Positions 36,509 to 46,449 of a stretch of 64,000 bases of DNA are shown here, piece by piece. The translations under genes were made by a program, and so were the position numbers. Origin of the DNA: an uncultured bacterium (GTDB lineage Bacteria > Eisenbacteria > RBG-16-71-46 > CAIMUX01 > WJJG01); the NCBI GenBank assembly GCA_964603725.1, contig CAZRWW010000001.1, positions 5,634-69,633 on the forward strand. Reading direction: 5' to 3'. The notes under the pieces were generated by a model. The model was not told the origin of the DNA. It saw only the letters and a program-made list of their open reading frames with translations, and did not search any database. Within the stretch, counting starts at the first letter, position 1. Each line of letters opens with the position of its first letter.

Positions 36509-38020
36509 ATGCGCAAGGTCATCATCACCAGCCTGCTGCTGGCCACCCTCCCCGCCGCGGGGGCGCAGCAACACGTGACGCCCGACGCCATTGCCGAGAA
36601 GATGCAGTGGTTCGCCGACGCCAAGCTGGGCATCTTCATCCACTGGGGCATCTACAGCGTGAACGGCGTGGACGAGAGCTGGGCCTTCTACAACAAGAAG
36701 ATGCCCTATGACGATTACATGCAGCAGCTCGCTGGCTTCACGGCCAGCCGGTACGATCCGGCCGCGTGGGCCGAGCTGATCGAGCGGAGCGGCGCCCGCT
36801 ACGCGGTGATCACGACCAAGCACCACGACGGCGTGGCGCTGTGGGACACGCGGATGGCGCCCGGAACGCCGCTGCGGCCGCCGGGGGCTCCCCCCGCGCC
36901 GCCGGACGCCCTGGCCCCGCGCTCGGATGCTCCGCCCCCGCAGCCAGGTGCTCCGCCCCCGCAGTCGGATGCTCCGCCCCCGCAGCCAGGTGCTCCGCCC
37001 CCGCAGTCGGATGCTCCGCCACCGCAGTCGGGTGCTCCGCCCCCGCGTTCCGTGGTCACGAGCTCCCCGGCCGGGCGCGATCTCATCGGCCCCCTCTTCG
37101 CCGAGCTTCGCCAACGCGGCCTGAAGGCCGGGGCGTACTTCTCCTTGATCGATTGGAGCGACCACCACTACCCCGGGTTCACCAGAGACAGCACGCGCTA
37201 CGCGATCCAGGAGGACCCGCTGCGCTGGCAGCGCTTCCTCGCCTACTACCAGGGCCAGGTGCAAGAGATCGCCGCGCAGCTCAACCCCGACCTCTGGTGG
37301 TTCGACGGCGACTGGGAGCACAGCGCCGAGGAGTGGGAGGCGCAGAGGGTACGCCGCCTGATCCTGGCGGTGAACCCGCGCGCCATCATCAACGGGCGGC
37401 TCGCCGGCCACGGCGACTACCTGACGCCGGAGCAGAACATCCCCATCGAGACACCGGCGTACCCGTGGTGGGAGCTGTGCCTGACCATCGGTGACGCGTG
37501 GGGCTGGCAGCCGCAGGACACGAGCTACAAGAGCACCCACGACCTCATCGCCATCTTCGCCGACGTCATCGGCCACGGCGGCAATCTGCTGCTGGACATC
37601 GGCCCGCGGGAAGACGGCACCATCCCGCCGCGGCACGCGCAGGCGCTGGAGGAGCTGGGCCTATGGAATGCCAAGCATGCCGAGGCCGTCTTCGGCACGC
37701 GCGCCGGCCTGCCCAACGGTCACCACTTCGGTCCCACGACCCTCAGCCCCGACAGCACCACGCTCTACCTGTTTCTGCCGCATGGCGCCGGCGGCAGCGT
37801 GGAGATCAAGGGCCTCAACAACAAGGTCCTCTCCGCGGAGGCGCTCGGGACGGCCATGCCCCTCCGGCACCGCGTCGTCGGCAAGATCAGCTGGAGCAAG
37901 GTGCCGGGATTGGTCTTCATCGACGTGCCCGAGGAGGCGGCCGACCCGTGGATGACCGTCTTGAAGGTGAAGCTGGACGGACCGGTGAGCCTGTACCGCG
38001 GCACCGGCGGCCTCTTCTGA
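36509..38020 (+). CDS. Secreted GH29 alpha-L-fucosidase with a proline-rich repeat insertion
   Basis: SP MRKVIITSLLLATLPAAGA. GH29 motifs GIFIHWGIYSV, TKHHDGVALWDT and WWFDGDWE. An inserted (D/G)APPPQ(P/S) x6 lies between WDTR and RDLIGPL. Confidence 0.8.
   Translation: MRKVIITSLLLATLPAAGAQQHVTPDAIAEKMQWFADAKLGIFIHWGIYSVNGVDESWAFYNKKMPYDDYMQQLAGFTASRYDPAAWAELIERSGARYAVITTKHHDGVALWDTRMAPGTPLRPPGAPPAPPDALAPRSDAPPPQPGAPPPQSDAPPPQPGAPPPQSDAPPPQSGAPPPRSVVTSSPAGRDLIGPLFAELRQRGLKAGAYFSLIDWSDHHYPGFTRDSTRYAIQEDPLRWQRFLAYYQGQVQEIAAQLNPDLWWFDGDWEHSAEEWEAQRVRRLILAVNPRAIINGRLAGHGDYLTPEQNIPIETPAYPWWELCLTIGDAWGWQPQDTSYKSTHDLIAIFADVIGHGGNLLLDIGPREDGTIPPRHAQALEELGLWNAKHAEAVFGTRAGLPNGHHFGPTTLSPDSTTLYLFLPHGAGGSVEIKGLNNKVLSAEALGTAMPLRHRVVGKISWSKVPGLVFIDVPEEAADPWMTVLKVKLDGPVSLYRGTGGLF
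36926..37051 (+). repeat. Six tandem 21-bp units (G[A/G]TGCTCCGCCCCCGCAG[C/T]C[A/G]) encoding APPPQ heptads inside the fucosidase gene
   Basis: Near-perfect 21-bp periodicity at 36926, 36947, 36968, 36989, 37010 and 37031. Confidence 0.6.
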
Positions 38021-40242
38021 TGGCCAGGCGGATGCTTCGGCGCGTGCCGCTCCTGCGTCCACGCGCGGTGGCGGTGCGGCTGCCGGCGAGGGCCTGGCTG
38101 CTGACTGTCCCGCTATCGCTGCTGCCCGCATCTACCTCCGCCGAGCCCGCGCTCATCCCCTGGCCGCGGGAGGTTGAGTGGCGGGAGGGCTTCTTTCCGC
38201 TGCAGGAGGTCACGGTGGTGAGCCAGCCTGAGCAGGAGGGCTGGGTGACGCCGCTGCGCGATCACCTGCTTGCGATCGGTGCGCTGGCGCTGAACGCCAA
38301 CGAGATCGCGCGGGCAGTGCTCGTGGAGCTTGACACGCTGCTGCCCGAGGAAGGCTACACCCTGACCGTGGAAGAGGCACGGGTGGTTCTGGGCGCGCGG
38401 ACCGCGGCTGGCGCCCTGTGCGGACTGCAGACGCTGCGGCAGCTGGAGACCCATGACGCCGGTGGCGCGCCCCACTGGCCCTGCGTGCGGATCTGGGATG
38501 CGCCGTCTTACGCCTGGCGCGGCACCATGCTCGACGCGAGCCGTCACTTCTACAGCGTGGCCTTCATCAAGCGCTATCTCGACGAGCTGGCGCGCCTCAA
38601 GATGAACGTCTTCCACTGGCACCTCACCGACGACCAGGGCTGGCGGGTGGAGGTGAAGAAGTACCCGCGGCTCACCGAGGTCGGAGCCTGGCGCACCGAG
38701 GCGGACGGAACGCGCTACGGCGGCTTCTACACGCAGGCGGAGATCCAGGAGATCGCGGGGTACGCGCTGGAGCTCGGTATCACGGTGGTGCCGGAGATCG
38801 AGTTCCCGGGCCATTGCACCGCCGCGTTGGCCGCCTACCCGCACCTTGGCTGCCGGGCCGCCGCCCTGGCCGTGCCGACCCACTGGGGCGTGTTTCAGGA
38901 CGTCTACTGCGTGGGCCGGGAGGAGACCTGGGCCTTCTTGCAGGACGTGCTGGACGAGCTGCTGCCGCTGTTTCCGTCGGATTGGGTGCACATCGGAGGC
39001 GACGAGGTGCCCAAGGACCGCTGGCGCGTCTGTCCCGCCTGCCGGGAGCGCATGCAGCGGGAGGGGATGCCCGACGAGGACGCCCTGCAGGCCTGGTCGA
39101 TCCGGCGCCTGCAGGTCTACCTGCGGACCATGGGGAAGCAGCTCATCGGCTGGGACGAGATCCTGGCGGGTGGCCTGGACAGCACGGCCGTCGTGGAAGT
39201 GTGGCGGGGCGACGAGGAGGCCCGCCGGGCACGGGCCAACGGCAACCGCATGATCCGCACGCTGTACTTCAACACCTCGCCGGCGGTTCTGAAGCTGGAA
39301 GAGGTGATGCGGTACGATCCGAGCGTCGACGGAACCAGCGATCTGGTGATGGGCGCCGAATGTCCCGTGTGGAGCGAGCACATCGACGAGCGCAACATCG
39401 GCTACATGATCTTCCCACGCCTGCAGGTCTTCGCCGAGCGCCTGTGGACCGGCGGCGCGCCGCGTGACGACCTTGGCCGGCGCAGCGGGCCGCACGTGGA
39501 CCGCCTGGAGCGAGAAGGCTGGATCACCGCCCGCGAGGACCGGGACCTCTTTCACGCCCGCCTGCGCCACGACCCCCAGCGACGCGATTGGCTGGTAACC
39601 ACGGCGCGGGGCCGGCCGGACATCACGGTGGCCTACGGCAGCGCGGACGCGGCCGGCGTGTTCACCGACTCGTTGCGCGTGCGCAGGCCGGGACGGCTGA
39701 CCCTGCAACCGGCCTGGAACGGTCGGAGCGTGCAGCAGGAGCGCGTCTATCGGATCGAGAGCCACCTGGGCCTGGGCGCCAAGCAGGGGCTCTCGCGGCC
39801 GCCGGATCCGAAATACGGCCTGGACCCCGAGCGGGGCCTGAGCGACGGCCTGCTGGGCACGGACGACTTCCACGACGGGTTGTGGCAGGGCTGGCAGGGC
39901 ACCGACATCGCGGTCACGCTGGACTTCGGCTCCCCGGTGGAGGTCGAGCAGCTCAACATCCGCTGCCTGCAGGCGGTGACATCCTGGATCTTGCTGCCGC
40001 GCTCCATCGAGTTCCTGTGCTCGTGCGACGGGGAGCTCTGGAGCTCCATCGCCGAGGTCGAGCACGCCGTGCCGGTCGAGCCGGGGGGGCAGCTCGTGCA
40101 CGACTTCCGCGCGCAGCTGCCGAAGCCGACTCTCATTCGGTGCGTGCGGGCCGTCCTCGTGAATCAGGGCCGCATGCCCGCCTGGCATCTGGGCGCGGGC
40201 GGCGAGTCATGGATCTTCGCCGACGAGCTGGTGGTGAGGTAG
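38020..40242 (+). CDS. Secreted GH20 beta-N-acetylhexosaminidase with C-terminal discoidin-like domain
   Basis: The ATG overlaps the fucosidase TGA (TGATG). Signal peptide. GH20 motifs (MLDASRHFYSV, MNVFHWHLTDDQGWR, HIGGDEV). Confidence 0.8.
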   Translation: MARRMLRRVPLLRPRAVAVRLPARAWLLTVPLSLLPASTSAEPALIPWPREVEWREGFFPLQEVTVVSQPEQEGWVTPLRDHLLAIGALALNANEIARAVLVELDTLLPEEGYTLTVEEARVVLGARTAAGALCGLQTLRQLETHDAGGAPHWPCVRIWDAPSYAWRGTMLDASRHFYSVAFIKRYLDELARLKMNVFHWHLTDDQGWRVEVKKYPRLTEVGAWRTEADGTRYGGFYTQAEIQEIAGYALELGITVVPEIEFPGHCTAALAAYPHLGCRAAALAVPTHWGVFQDVYCVGREETWAFLQDVLDELLPLFPSDWVHIGGDEVPKDRWRVCPACRERMQREGMPDEDALQAWSIRRLQVYLRTMGKQLIGWDEILAGGLDSTAVVEVWRGDEEARRARANGNRMIRTLYFNTSPAVLKLEEVMRYDPSVDGTSDLVMGAECPVWSEHIDERNIGYMIFPRLQVFAERLWTGGAPRDDLGRRSGPHVDRLEREGWITAREDRDLFHARLRHDPQRRDWLVTTARGRPDITVAYGSADAAGVFTDSLRVRRPGRLTLQPAWNGRSVQQERVYRIESHLGLGAKQGLSRPPDPKYGLDPERGLSDGLLGTDDFHDGLWQGWQGTDIAVTLDFGSPVEVEQLNIRCLQAVTSWILLPRSIEFLCSCDGELWSSIAEVEHAVPVEPGGQLVHDFRAQLPKPTLIRCVRAVLVNQGRMPAWHLGAGGESWIFADELVVR

Positions 40243-40256
40243 AACGTGCCGCGCGT

Positions 40257-41309
40257 TCATCGCGACAGGCGGCCCAGCTCCTCCCACAGCTCGCGCTCAC
40301 GCTGAGAGAGCTGCCCCGGGACCATCACTTGTACATGGACTACATGGTCTCCGCCGGCCAGCCCCTGTTGCCTCAACCGCAGACTGGCGCCCGACGACGT
40401 GCCCGGCGGGATGGTGAGCATGACCTGATCCCGCAGCGTGCGAACCGGCACCTTGCCGCCCAGCACGGCGGTGACGACCGGGACGGAAACATCCGAGTGG
40501 ACCGTGTCGCCTTCCAGGCGGAGCTCGGGATCGGGCGTGACGCTCACGTGAACCAGCAGATCGCCGGGTGGCCCGCCGCCGCGGCCGGCTTCGCCCAGAC
40601 CTTTCAGGCGCAGGATGGCGCCGTCGCGCGTGGCCGCCGGGATGATCACGGTGATGTCGCGCTGTTGCACGGTGGTGCCCGTCCCGTGGCAAGCGGCGCA
40701 GGTCTCACCGGGCGCGAGACCGGTGCCGTGGCAGGTCGGGCAGACGCGCGTGACGCTGAAGAATTGCCCCGCGCGCTGGGAGCGCCCGGTCAGGCGCCCG
40801 CTGCCCTGGCAGACGACGCAGGCGCGCGCGGCGCCGCGCGCCCCGGTGCCTTCGCAGGCAGCGCACGCGACCTCGCCCTGCAGCGAGATCCGCACCTTCC
40901 CGCCCAGGGCCGCCGTGCGGAAGTCGACGGACAGAGCGGCTTCGGCGTCGAGCCCCGGCCGCGCCGCCGAGCGCCGGCGGTGAAGCGCCGCTCCGAAATC
41001 ACTGCCGAAGATGTCGCCGAACTGCCGCAGGAAGTCCTCGACCGACCAGGCCTCTCCGCCGGACCCCGGCGCGCCCGCCGGGGGCTCCCAGGTCCGACCG
41101 CCGGCCAGGGCCGCATCGTACTCGCGACGCTTTTCGGCGTCGGCCAGCACCGCATAGGCCTCCGAGAGCTCCTTGAAGCGCTCCTCGGCCGCCTTGTCGC
41201 CGGGATTCTTGTCGGGGTGATACTGCACGGCCTTGCGTCGATAGGCCTTCTTGATCTGGTCCAGGCCGGCATCGCGCGGCACGCCGAGGATTTCGTAGTA
41301 GTCTGCCAT
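40257..41309 (-). CDS. dnaJ: Molecular chaperone DnaJ (Hsp40)
   Basis: J-domain (DYYEILGV ... HPDKN), a G/F region, and four CxxCxGxG zinc-finger repeats. Confidence 0.9.
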   Translation of the reverse strand: MADYYEILGVPRDAGLDQIKKAYRRKAVQYHPDKNPGDKAAEERFKELSEAYAVLADAEKRREYDAALAGGRTWEPPAGAPGSGGEAWSVEDFLRQFGDIFGSDFGAALHRRRSAARPGLDAEAALSVDFRTAALGGKVRISLQGEVACAACEGTGARGAARACVVCQGSGRLTGRSQRAGQFFSVTRVCPTCHGTGLAPGETCAACHGTGTTVQQRDITVIIPAATRDGAILRLKGLGEAGRGGGPPGDLLVHVSVTPDPELRLEGDTVHSDVSVPVVTAVLGGKVPVRTLRDQVMLTIPPGTSSGASLRLRQQGLAGGDHVVHVQVMVPGQLSQRERELWEELGRLSR

Positions 41310-41319
41310 GCCCGCGGCC

Positions 41320-41664
41320 TCACGGTCCCACTTGCGACAGGCGGATCTCCACGTAGCCATGCTCGCATCGAATCTGGGCCTCCTCCGCCCGGAAGCCAGC
41401 GGGCACGGGCAAGATGGCCCGCAGCATGCAGGGGCCGGCTGACTCGAGGCGAGCACGGATGACCAGGAGCTGGGGGAGAATCTCGATATCGATGTCGGGC
41501 TCGGCAGCCTCCTCGACGACGACGTGCCAGCGCAGGGTGCGAGCGCCGTACGTCCAGCGCGCCGGAGCCTCGCGAGCCTCGGGCGCCTCGCGGAGCAGCG
41601 GCGCGTAGCGGCGGCGCAGCCGCTCGATCTCGTCTCTCAGCCAATCCAGATCCGCTGCGTGCAT
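41320..41664 (-). CDS. Hsp20/alpha-crystallin-like small protein (truncated ACD) immediately upstream of dnaJ
   Basis: ... [18 protein letters not shown] ... [29 protein letters not shown] resembles the C-terminal beta-strands of the alpha-crystallin domain. Confidence 0.4.
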   Translation of the reverse strand: MHAADLDWLRDEIERLRRRYAPLLREAPEAREAPARWTYGARTLRWHVVVEEAAEPDIDIEILPQLLVIRARLESAGPCMLRAILPVPAGFRAEEAQIRCEHGYVEIRLSQVGP

Positions 41665-41754
41665 CGTCACACCTCGGCGCATGATTCTCCGCACGCCCCC
41701 ATCCTACTCATCACCGCCGCATTCGTCCACGGTCTCCCTGCCGGGCGACTGCGC

Positions 41755-41783
41755 TTGACCAGCGGGGCCGGGGAGACTAGGAT
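41755..41783 (+). promoter_or_regulatory. Candidate sigma70-like promoter for the YtxH-like gene (TTGACC-N17-TAGGAT)
   Basis: Motif spacing is correct. It lies 47 bp upstream of a strong RBS (AGGGAGGTG) and the ATG at 41830. Confidence 0.25.
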
Positions 41784-41829
41784 AACGGTCGCCGCGCATC
41801 CACAAACCCAAACAGGGAGGTGATCGAGA

Positions 41830-42132
41830 ATGTCTGACAGAAACCGCACAGCCGACCGGCTGACCTATCTGCTCATCGGCGCCGGCATCGGCGCCACCCT
41901 CGCCCTCCTCTTTGCGCCCAAGTCGGGCCGGGAGCTCAGGCGCGACATCGCCGACGCCAGCGTCAAGACCATCCACAAGGGGAAGGAAGCCGCGCACGCG
42001 CTCGGTGGCAAGGTCACGGAGGGGATCGGGGCCATTCGGGAAACCGTCGAGCGGGAGAAGAGCCAGATTGCCACGGCGCTCGAGGCCGGCAAGCAGGCCT
42101 ATCGTGAAGAGCGTCACCGCGGTGAGTCCTAG
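41830..42132 (+). CDS. YtxH-like (DUF948) general-stress membrane-associated protein
   Basis: LLIGAGIGATLALLFAPKSGRELR is the YtxH signature, followed by a coiled-coil. Confidence 0.6.
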   Translation: MSDRNRTADRLTYLLIGAGIGATLALLFAPKSGRELRRDIADASVKTIHKGKEAAHALGGKVTEGIGAIRETVEREKSQIATALEAGKQAYREERHRGES

Positions 42133-42156
42133 CCCCGGCGTGAACGTGGAGGCTCC

Positions 42157-42702
42157 ATGTCGCCCTTCGAGATGTTCCTCGCGGGCGCGATTCTGATCGC
42201 GGCTGCTCTGCAGGTGGTCGTTCTGTTTCTGCTCTACCGCGTCGTCGCGCGCCTGGCCGATAGGACCGACAAGCTCGTCTCCAAGCTCGAGCCCGAGATC
42301 GAGGACCTGGCGGCCGCGGTGCGCGCCGTTCGCCGCACCGCGGAGGTCTCGTCCGAGGAGCTGCGGGGAACTCTGGCGGCGGTGCGCGCCGTCACCGATG
42401 AGCTCGGCGGCACCCTGCGCGCGCGGGGGCGTGAGCTTGCCCGCGTCACGTACAAGGCGACCGTCGTGGCCGAGCGCCACATCGACGAGGCCGATCAAGC
42501 GCTCGATCGGGCTCGCGAGCGCGTCGTGGAAATCGGACGAGAGTTCGACCGTGGCGTTCTCGATCCGGTGCGATCGATCGTCGCCGTGGCGGCGGCCGTG
42601 CAGAAGACCTTCGCGGCGCTGGCCGCTCTCCGAGCCCGCCCCGCCGCCGCGGAGACGGAGCTGCCCGCGGAAGCGCCCGCCCGCGACGTCGGACCTTCCT
42701 GA
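42157..42702 (+). CDS. Membrane-anchored coiled-coil protein (DUF948/YtxH-associated)
   Basis: An N-terminal TM (FLAGAILIAAALQVVVLFLLY) followed by Ala/Arg/Glu-rich helices. GTGGAGG RBS. Confidence 0.5.
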   Translation: MSPFEMFLAGAILIAAALQVVVLFLLYRVVARLADRTDKLVSKLEPEIEDLAAAVRAVRRTAEVSSEELRGTLAAVRAVTDELGGTLRARGRELARVTYKATVVAERHIDEADQALDRARERVVEIGREFDRGVLDPVRSIVAVAAAVQKTFAALAALRARPAAAETELPAEAPARDVGPS

Positions 42703-42711
42703 GCGGTCGCG

Positions 42712-44238
42712 TCACTTCAGCAAGGCGACCGCCCGCACGAGCCGCTGAGCGCCGACCGTGAGCACGTACAGGTACCTGCCCGCCGGCATCCGCTCGCTGG
42801 CATCGTTCCGTCCGTCCCAAGTCACGCGCTGTTGGCCCGCTTCCTGCCGGGCACGGTCCAGCAGCACACGCACGTGCCGCCCCTCGACGTCGCAGATGTG
42901 CAGCGTCACCGGCGCCGCCGCCGGCAGGTCATAGGTGATGGTCGTCGCGGGACCGAAGGGATTGGGCATGCAGCGCGCTGCCATGGCGGCCACCGGCGTG
43001 CCCGGCGCGGCGACTCCGCCGGCATCGATGTACTCGTACGCGCCCATGTCGACGCGACCGTTCACGACGCGCGGGTGGCCCGCCAGGTCCAGCTCCGGCA
43101 GGCCCAGACCGGTCGTGTCGGGATTGGCCGAGTCAACGCAGGGCGACGTCTCGCCCGGGGCATAGGGATCCGGTCCGATCCCCACGAAGTCGGGATTGAG
43201 ATTCAGATTGCCGACCCCGGGCCAGCCGCCGAAGACGTCGGAGTAGGACACGGTGACGGTGCTGCCGCCGGCCGGCGCGATCTCATCCGGTTGGTTCATC
43301 CAGACAATGCTGTTCGTGATCGTGGCCGATGAGACGTAGACCCAGACGCCGCCGCCGCCCTGGTACGAGGTGTTGTTGGCGATGGTGGTGTTGATGAGGC
43401 GCACATTGGATCCCGAGGTGAGGCCGCCCCCACCGCCGGAACCCAAGGTGCTCGTGTTCCCCGCGAAGAGGCAGCCGACCATGACCGGATTGCTGGCCAC
43501 CGAGTAGAATCCGCAGACGGTCCCCGCGGTGCAGTTGATGACTTTCACATTCTCCAGTCGGAAGTGCGCGTCATACCACGCCGCGATGCCGCCCGCGAAG
43601 ATCGTCGAGGCGTTCGAATCGAGCACCGAGTTCACAATGACCGGAGCGGAGCTGTGGCAGTGAATGGCGCCTCCGGAGAAGTACGCTTCGTTGTTCAGGA
43701 ACCGCGTCTCTTCCACCCTGATGTCGGACTGGAGATCCAGAAAGAGAGCGCCGCCCTCGTCCGCGGCGTAGTTGTCGACGAATGTGCAGTGTCTGAAGAG
43801 CACGTTGGCGGATCGGTAGCAGTAGATGGCTCCCCCGTCCTGGTCTGCGCCGCTGGCCCCGACAGCCCGCCCGTTCCGCAAGACACAGTAGGTCAGCACG
43901 GAAGGATCTTGACCATTGGTGGTCGTGTCGAAGAAGCGTATCCCGTGCCAGCCGGTGGTCGGATCGGCGGCATCGAAGCTGACGTTGTCCACCTCGGTGC
44001 CCGTGGCGACCAGGCGGCCGAGAACCCGCAGCTTGTAGTGGCCCATGAAGACGATCTGACAGCCCGGCTCGATGAACAGCGCGTCGTCGACCGAGATGAA
44101 GATCTCGCCCTCGATCTGGTAGGGACTGCCGGCCTGGGTCCACAGCCCGCTGACCGGGCCGGCGGGAATGCTCGTGGACGCCATCGAGACAGGGACGCAG
44201 AAGAGCGGGACCAACAGCAGAATGGTGACGCTTCTCAT
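42712..44238 (-). CDS. Secreted right-handed parallel beta-helix repeat protein with T9SS C-terminal domain
   Basis: SP MRSVTILLLVPLFCVPVSMA. PbH1-like repeats (GGAIYCYRS ... NNEAYFSGGAIHC ...). The C-terminal tail CMPNPFGPATTITYDL ... RYLYVLTVGAQRLVRAVALLK. AAAGGAGAG RBS. Confidence 0.7.
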   Translation of the reverse strand: MRSVTILLLVPLFCVPVSMASTSIPAGPVSGLWTQAGSPYQIEGEIFISVDDALFIEPGCQIVFMGHYKLRVLGRLVATGTEVDNVSFDAADPTTGWHGIRFFDTTTNGQDPSVLTYCVLRNGRAVGASGADQDGGAIYCYRSANVLFRHCTFVDNYAADEGGALFLDLQSDIRVEETRFLNNEAYFSGGAIHCHSSAPVIVNSVLDSNASTIFAGGIAAWYDAHFRLENVKVINCTAGTVCGFYSVASNPVMVGCLFAGNTSTLGSGGGGGLTSGSNVRLINTTIANNTSYQGGGGVWVYVSSATITNSIVWMNQPDEIAPAGGSTVTVSYSDVFGGWPGVGNLNLNPDFVGIGPDPYAPGETSPCVDSANPDTTGLGLPELDLAGHPRVVNGRVDMGAYEYIDAGGVAAPGTPVAAMAARCMPNPFGPATTITYDLPAAAPVTLHICDVEGRHVRVLLDRARQEAGQQRVTWDGRNDASERMPAGRYLYVLTVGAQRLVRAVALLK

Positions 44239-44594
44239 GTTCGGCTCTCCTTTCCGCCAGAGATTGGGCCGTGGCCGTTCTTGGCACAGGCGACCTGACG
44301 CGGCGTGTGGCGGCAGCCATCGCTTCCGGTTGCGCCGAGGTCGCGCCATGACCTGCGAGCACGGGGACCTTGATCGTGCCCCGATCTTACCCGCCGCGAC
44401 CGCCGGATTCCAGCCGATCCCGCGGTTGCGGATTCGGTCCCCGCCCCTGGCGCGGGCCGGAACACGGCCATGTGGAACCCATTCCTTACCCAATCCTGAT
44501 GCGCCCGTGAGGCCGATGAGAGCGAGGCGTGCGTACACTCGTTGTGTTCGCCTCAACGTCCCCTTACCGGATCGCCCCCCCGTAGGAGGCTCCC

Positions 44595-46424
44595 ATGGCA
44601 TGGGCGTGGATCATCGCCGGCCTGGTGCTCGTTGTCGGGTCGGCAGGGGCCCACGAAGCGCTTCAGACGGACTGGTCGGGAGGCGGAGGCGACAGCGGTC
44701 CCGTGGCCGCGTGGGCCGACCGCTTCGAGGCTTCCGCCGATGTGTCCTACCGATCCTGCCCCGGACAGCTGGCGCTGGGCTCCGCGCCGCTCGCCCCGGC
44801 CCTGGCGCACTTCGTGACCTCGTCCTTCTCGGCCAGCTCCCTGGCGGCGGCCGATGTCGACGGCGACGGCGACCCGGACGTCGTGGGCTCGAGCCTGCAG
44901 GGCACCGGGCGGGTGGGCTGGTGGCGCAACCAGGACGGGTCCGCGACCGTCTGGGACTTCCTGCTCATCGACGGCGCGTTCCAGGGCGCGCGCGGCATCC
45001 AGGCCGGCGATGTCGACGGCGATGGCCGCCTCGACGTGGTGGGCACCGGCTTCAGCGCCCAGGTGGTCTGGTGGCGCAATGACGGCGGCGAGCCGATCGC
45101 CTGGACGAAGCACGTGATCGCCAGCGGTTTCCAGGGCGGCAACCGCTTGGCGGTGATCGACATCGACAACGACGGCGACCTCGATGTGATCGGCGTGGCT
45201 TTCCAGATCCATGACGTGCGCTTGTGGCTCAACGAGGGCGGGAGCCCGCCGACCTGGACCGAGGTTCTGGTCGATGGTTCGTTCCTGGGCGTTGTGGACG
45301 TCCACGCGGCCGACGTCGACGCGGACGGCAGCCCCGACATCGCGGCCGTCGCCTACGACGGCGATCTGGTTGCCTGGTGGCGCAATCTGGGCGGCTCGCC
45401 GCCGGCTTGGGAGCGTCAGACCATCGCGACCGCCTTCAACGGCGCCCACTGCCAGCGCATCGCCGACATCGACAACGACGGGGACGGCGATGTCGTGGCG
45501 GTCGCCTACTTCGCGGGTGACCTCGTCTGGTGGCGCAACGAGGGCGGAAACCCCGTCGCGTGGACGCGGCGGGCGATCGATCTGAACCTGCCCTGGGCCA
45601 GCGACGTGCGCACGGGTGACATCGACGGCGACGGCGACATCGACGTGCTCGCCACGGGCTACGACTCGGGCCGCGTGAGCTGGTGGGAGAACGGCGACGG
45701 GCTCGGGGGGACTTGGGCCATGCACGCCGTGGCGACCGGCTACTCGGGCGCCTGGCCGATCGAGTTGCACGACCTGGATCTGGATGGCGACCTCGATGTG
45801 CTGAGCTGCGCCACGTGGGCGGTGTCCATCGACTGGTGGGAGGTCACGCGCTTCGCCGCCTCCGGGCATCTCACCAGCTCGATCCTCGATCTGGGCGCCG
45901 CCGCCGCTCAGGCTTCGCTCGACTGGGACGCGACCCAGCCGCCGGGGACCCACGTGGGTCTGAGGATCCGCTGTGGAGACGATCCGCTGCTCATGGGCCC
46001 CTGGTCACCGGAGCTGAGCCCCCCCGTCCAACTGCCCGAGCCCGTGGAGCGCTACGTCCAGTACGAGCTTTCGTTCGCGAGCGCCGACCCGCGCGTCTCC
46101 CCGCTCGTCCGGGAGGTGACGTTGAGCTGGCAGTTCGCCGCCGATGCGACCGGCGCAGGGTCGCCGGCCTCGCCCGGCCTGCTGCTGCGCCCGGTCAATC
46201 CCGCATGCGGCCGCGCGTGCCTGCGGCTGATCGTCGCGCGCCCCGGGCGGGTGCAGGTGAGACTCTTCGACGCCTGCGGCCGCAGGATCGGCGAGGTGTG
46301 CGACCGCTGGTTCGCCGCGGGTGAGCACATCCTGGCGGCCGACCATGTGCCCAACGGCGTCCTTCTGTGCCGGGCGAGCTCGGCAGGGGATCGCCGGGCC
46401 TGCCGGGTGACCGTCGTCCGGTAG
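44595..46424 (+). CDS. Secreted FG-GAP/VCBS-repeat beta-propeller protein with T9SS C-terminal domain
   Basis: SP MAWAWIIAGLVLVVGSAGA. Seven repeats of DxDxDGDxD plus WW(R/E)N. AGGAGG RBS. C-terminal sorting tail (... RACRVTVVR). Confidence 0.7.
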   Translation: MAWAWIIAGLVLVVGSAGAHEALQTDWSGGGGDSGPVAAWADRFEASADVSYRSCPGQLALGSAPLAPALAHFVTSSFSASSLAAADVDGDGDPDVVGSSLQGTGRVGWWRNQDGSATVWDFLLIDGAFQGARGIQAGDVDGDGRLDVVGTGFSAQVVWWRNDGGEPIAWTKHVIASGFQGGNRLAVIDIDNDGDLDVIGVAFQIHDVRLWLNEGGSPPTWTEVLVDGSFLGVVDVHAADVDADGSPDIAAVAYDGDLVAWWRNLGGSPPAWERQTIATAFNGAHCQRIADIDNDGDGDVVAVAYFAGDLVWWRNEGGNPVAWTRRAIDLNLPWASDVRTGDIDGDGDIDVLATGYDSGRVSWWENGDGLGGTWAMHAVATGYSGAWPIELHDLDLDGDLDVLSCATWAVSIDWWEVTRFAASGHLTSSILDLGAAAAQASLDWDATQPPGTHVGLRIRCGDDPLLMGPWSPELSPPVQLPEPVERYVQYELSFASADPRVSPLVREVTLSWQFAADATGAGSPASPGLLLRPVNPACGRACLRLIVARPGRVQVRLFDACGRRIGEVCDRWFAAGEHILAADHVPNGVLLCRASSAGDRRACRVTVVR

Positions 46425-46449
46425 CTTCGATCAGCGCCGCGAGGGCGGG

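Noticed and set aside
41695-41829. CIRCE/HrcA operator upstream of the Hsp20-like/dnaJ unit
   Set aside because: No TTAGCACTC-N9-GAGTGCTAA-like inverted repeat is present.
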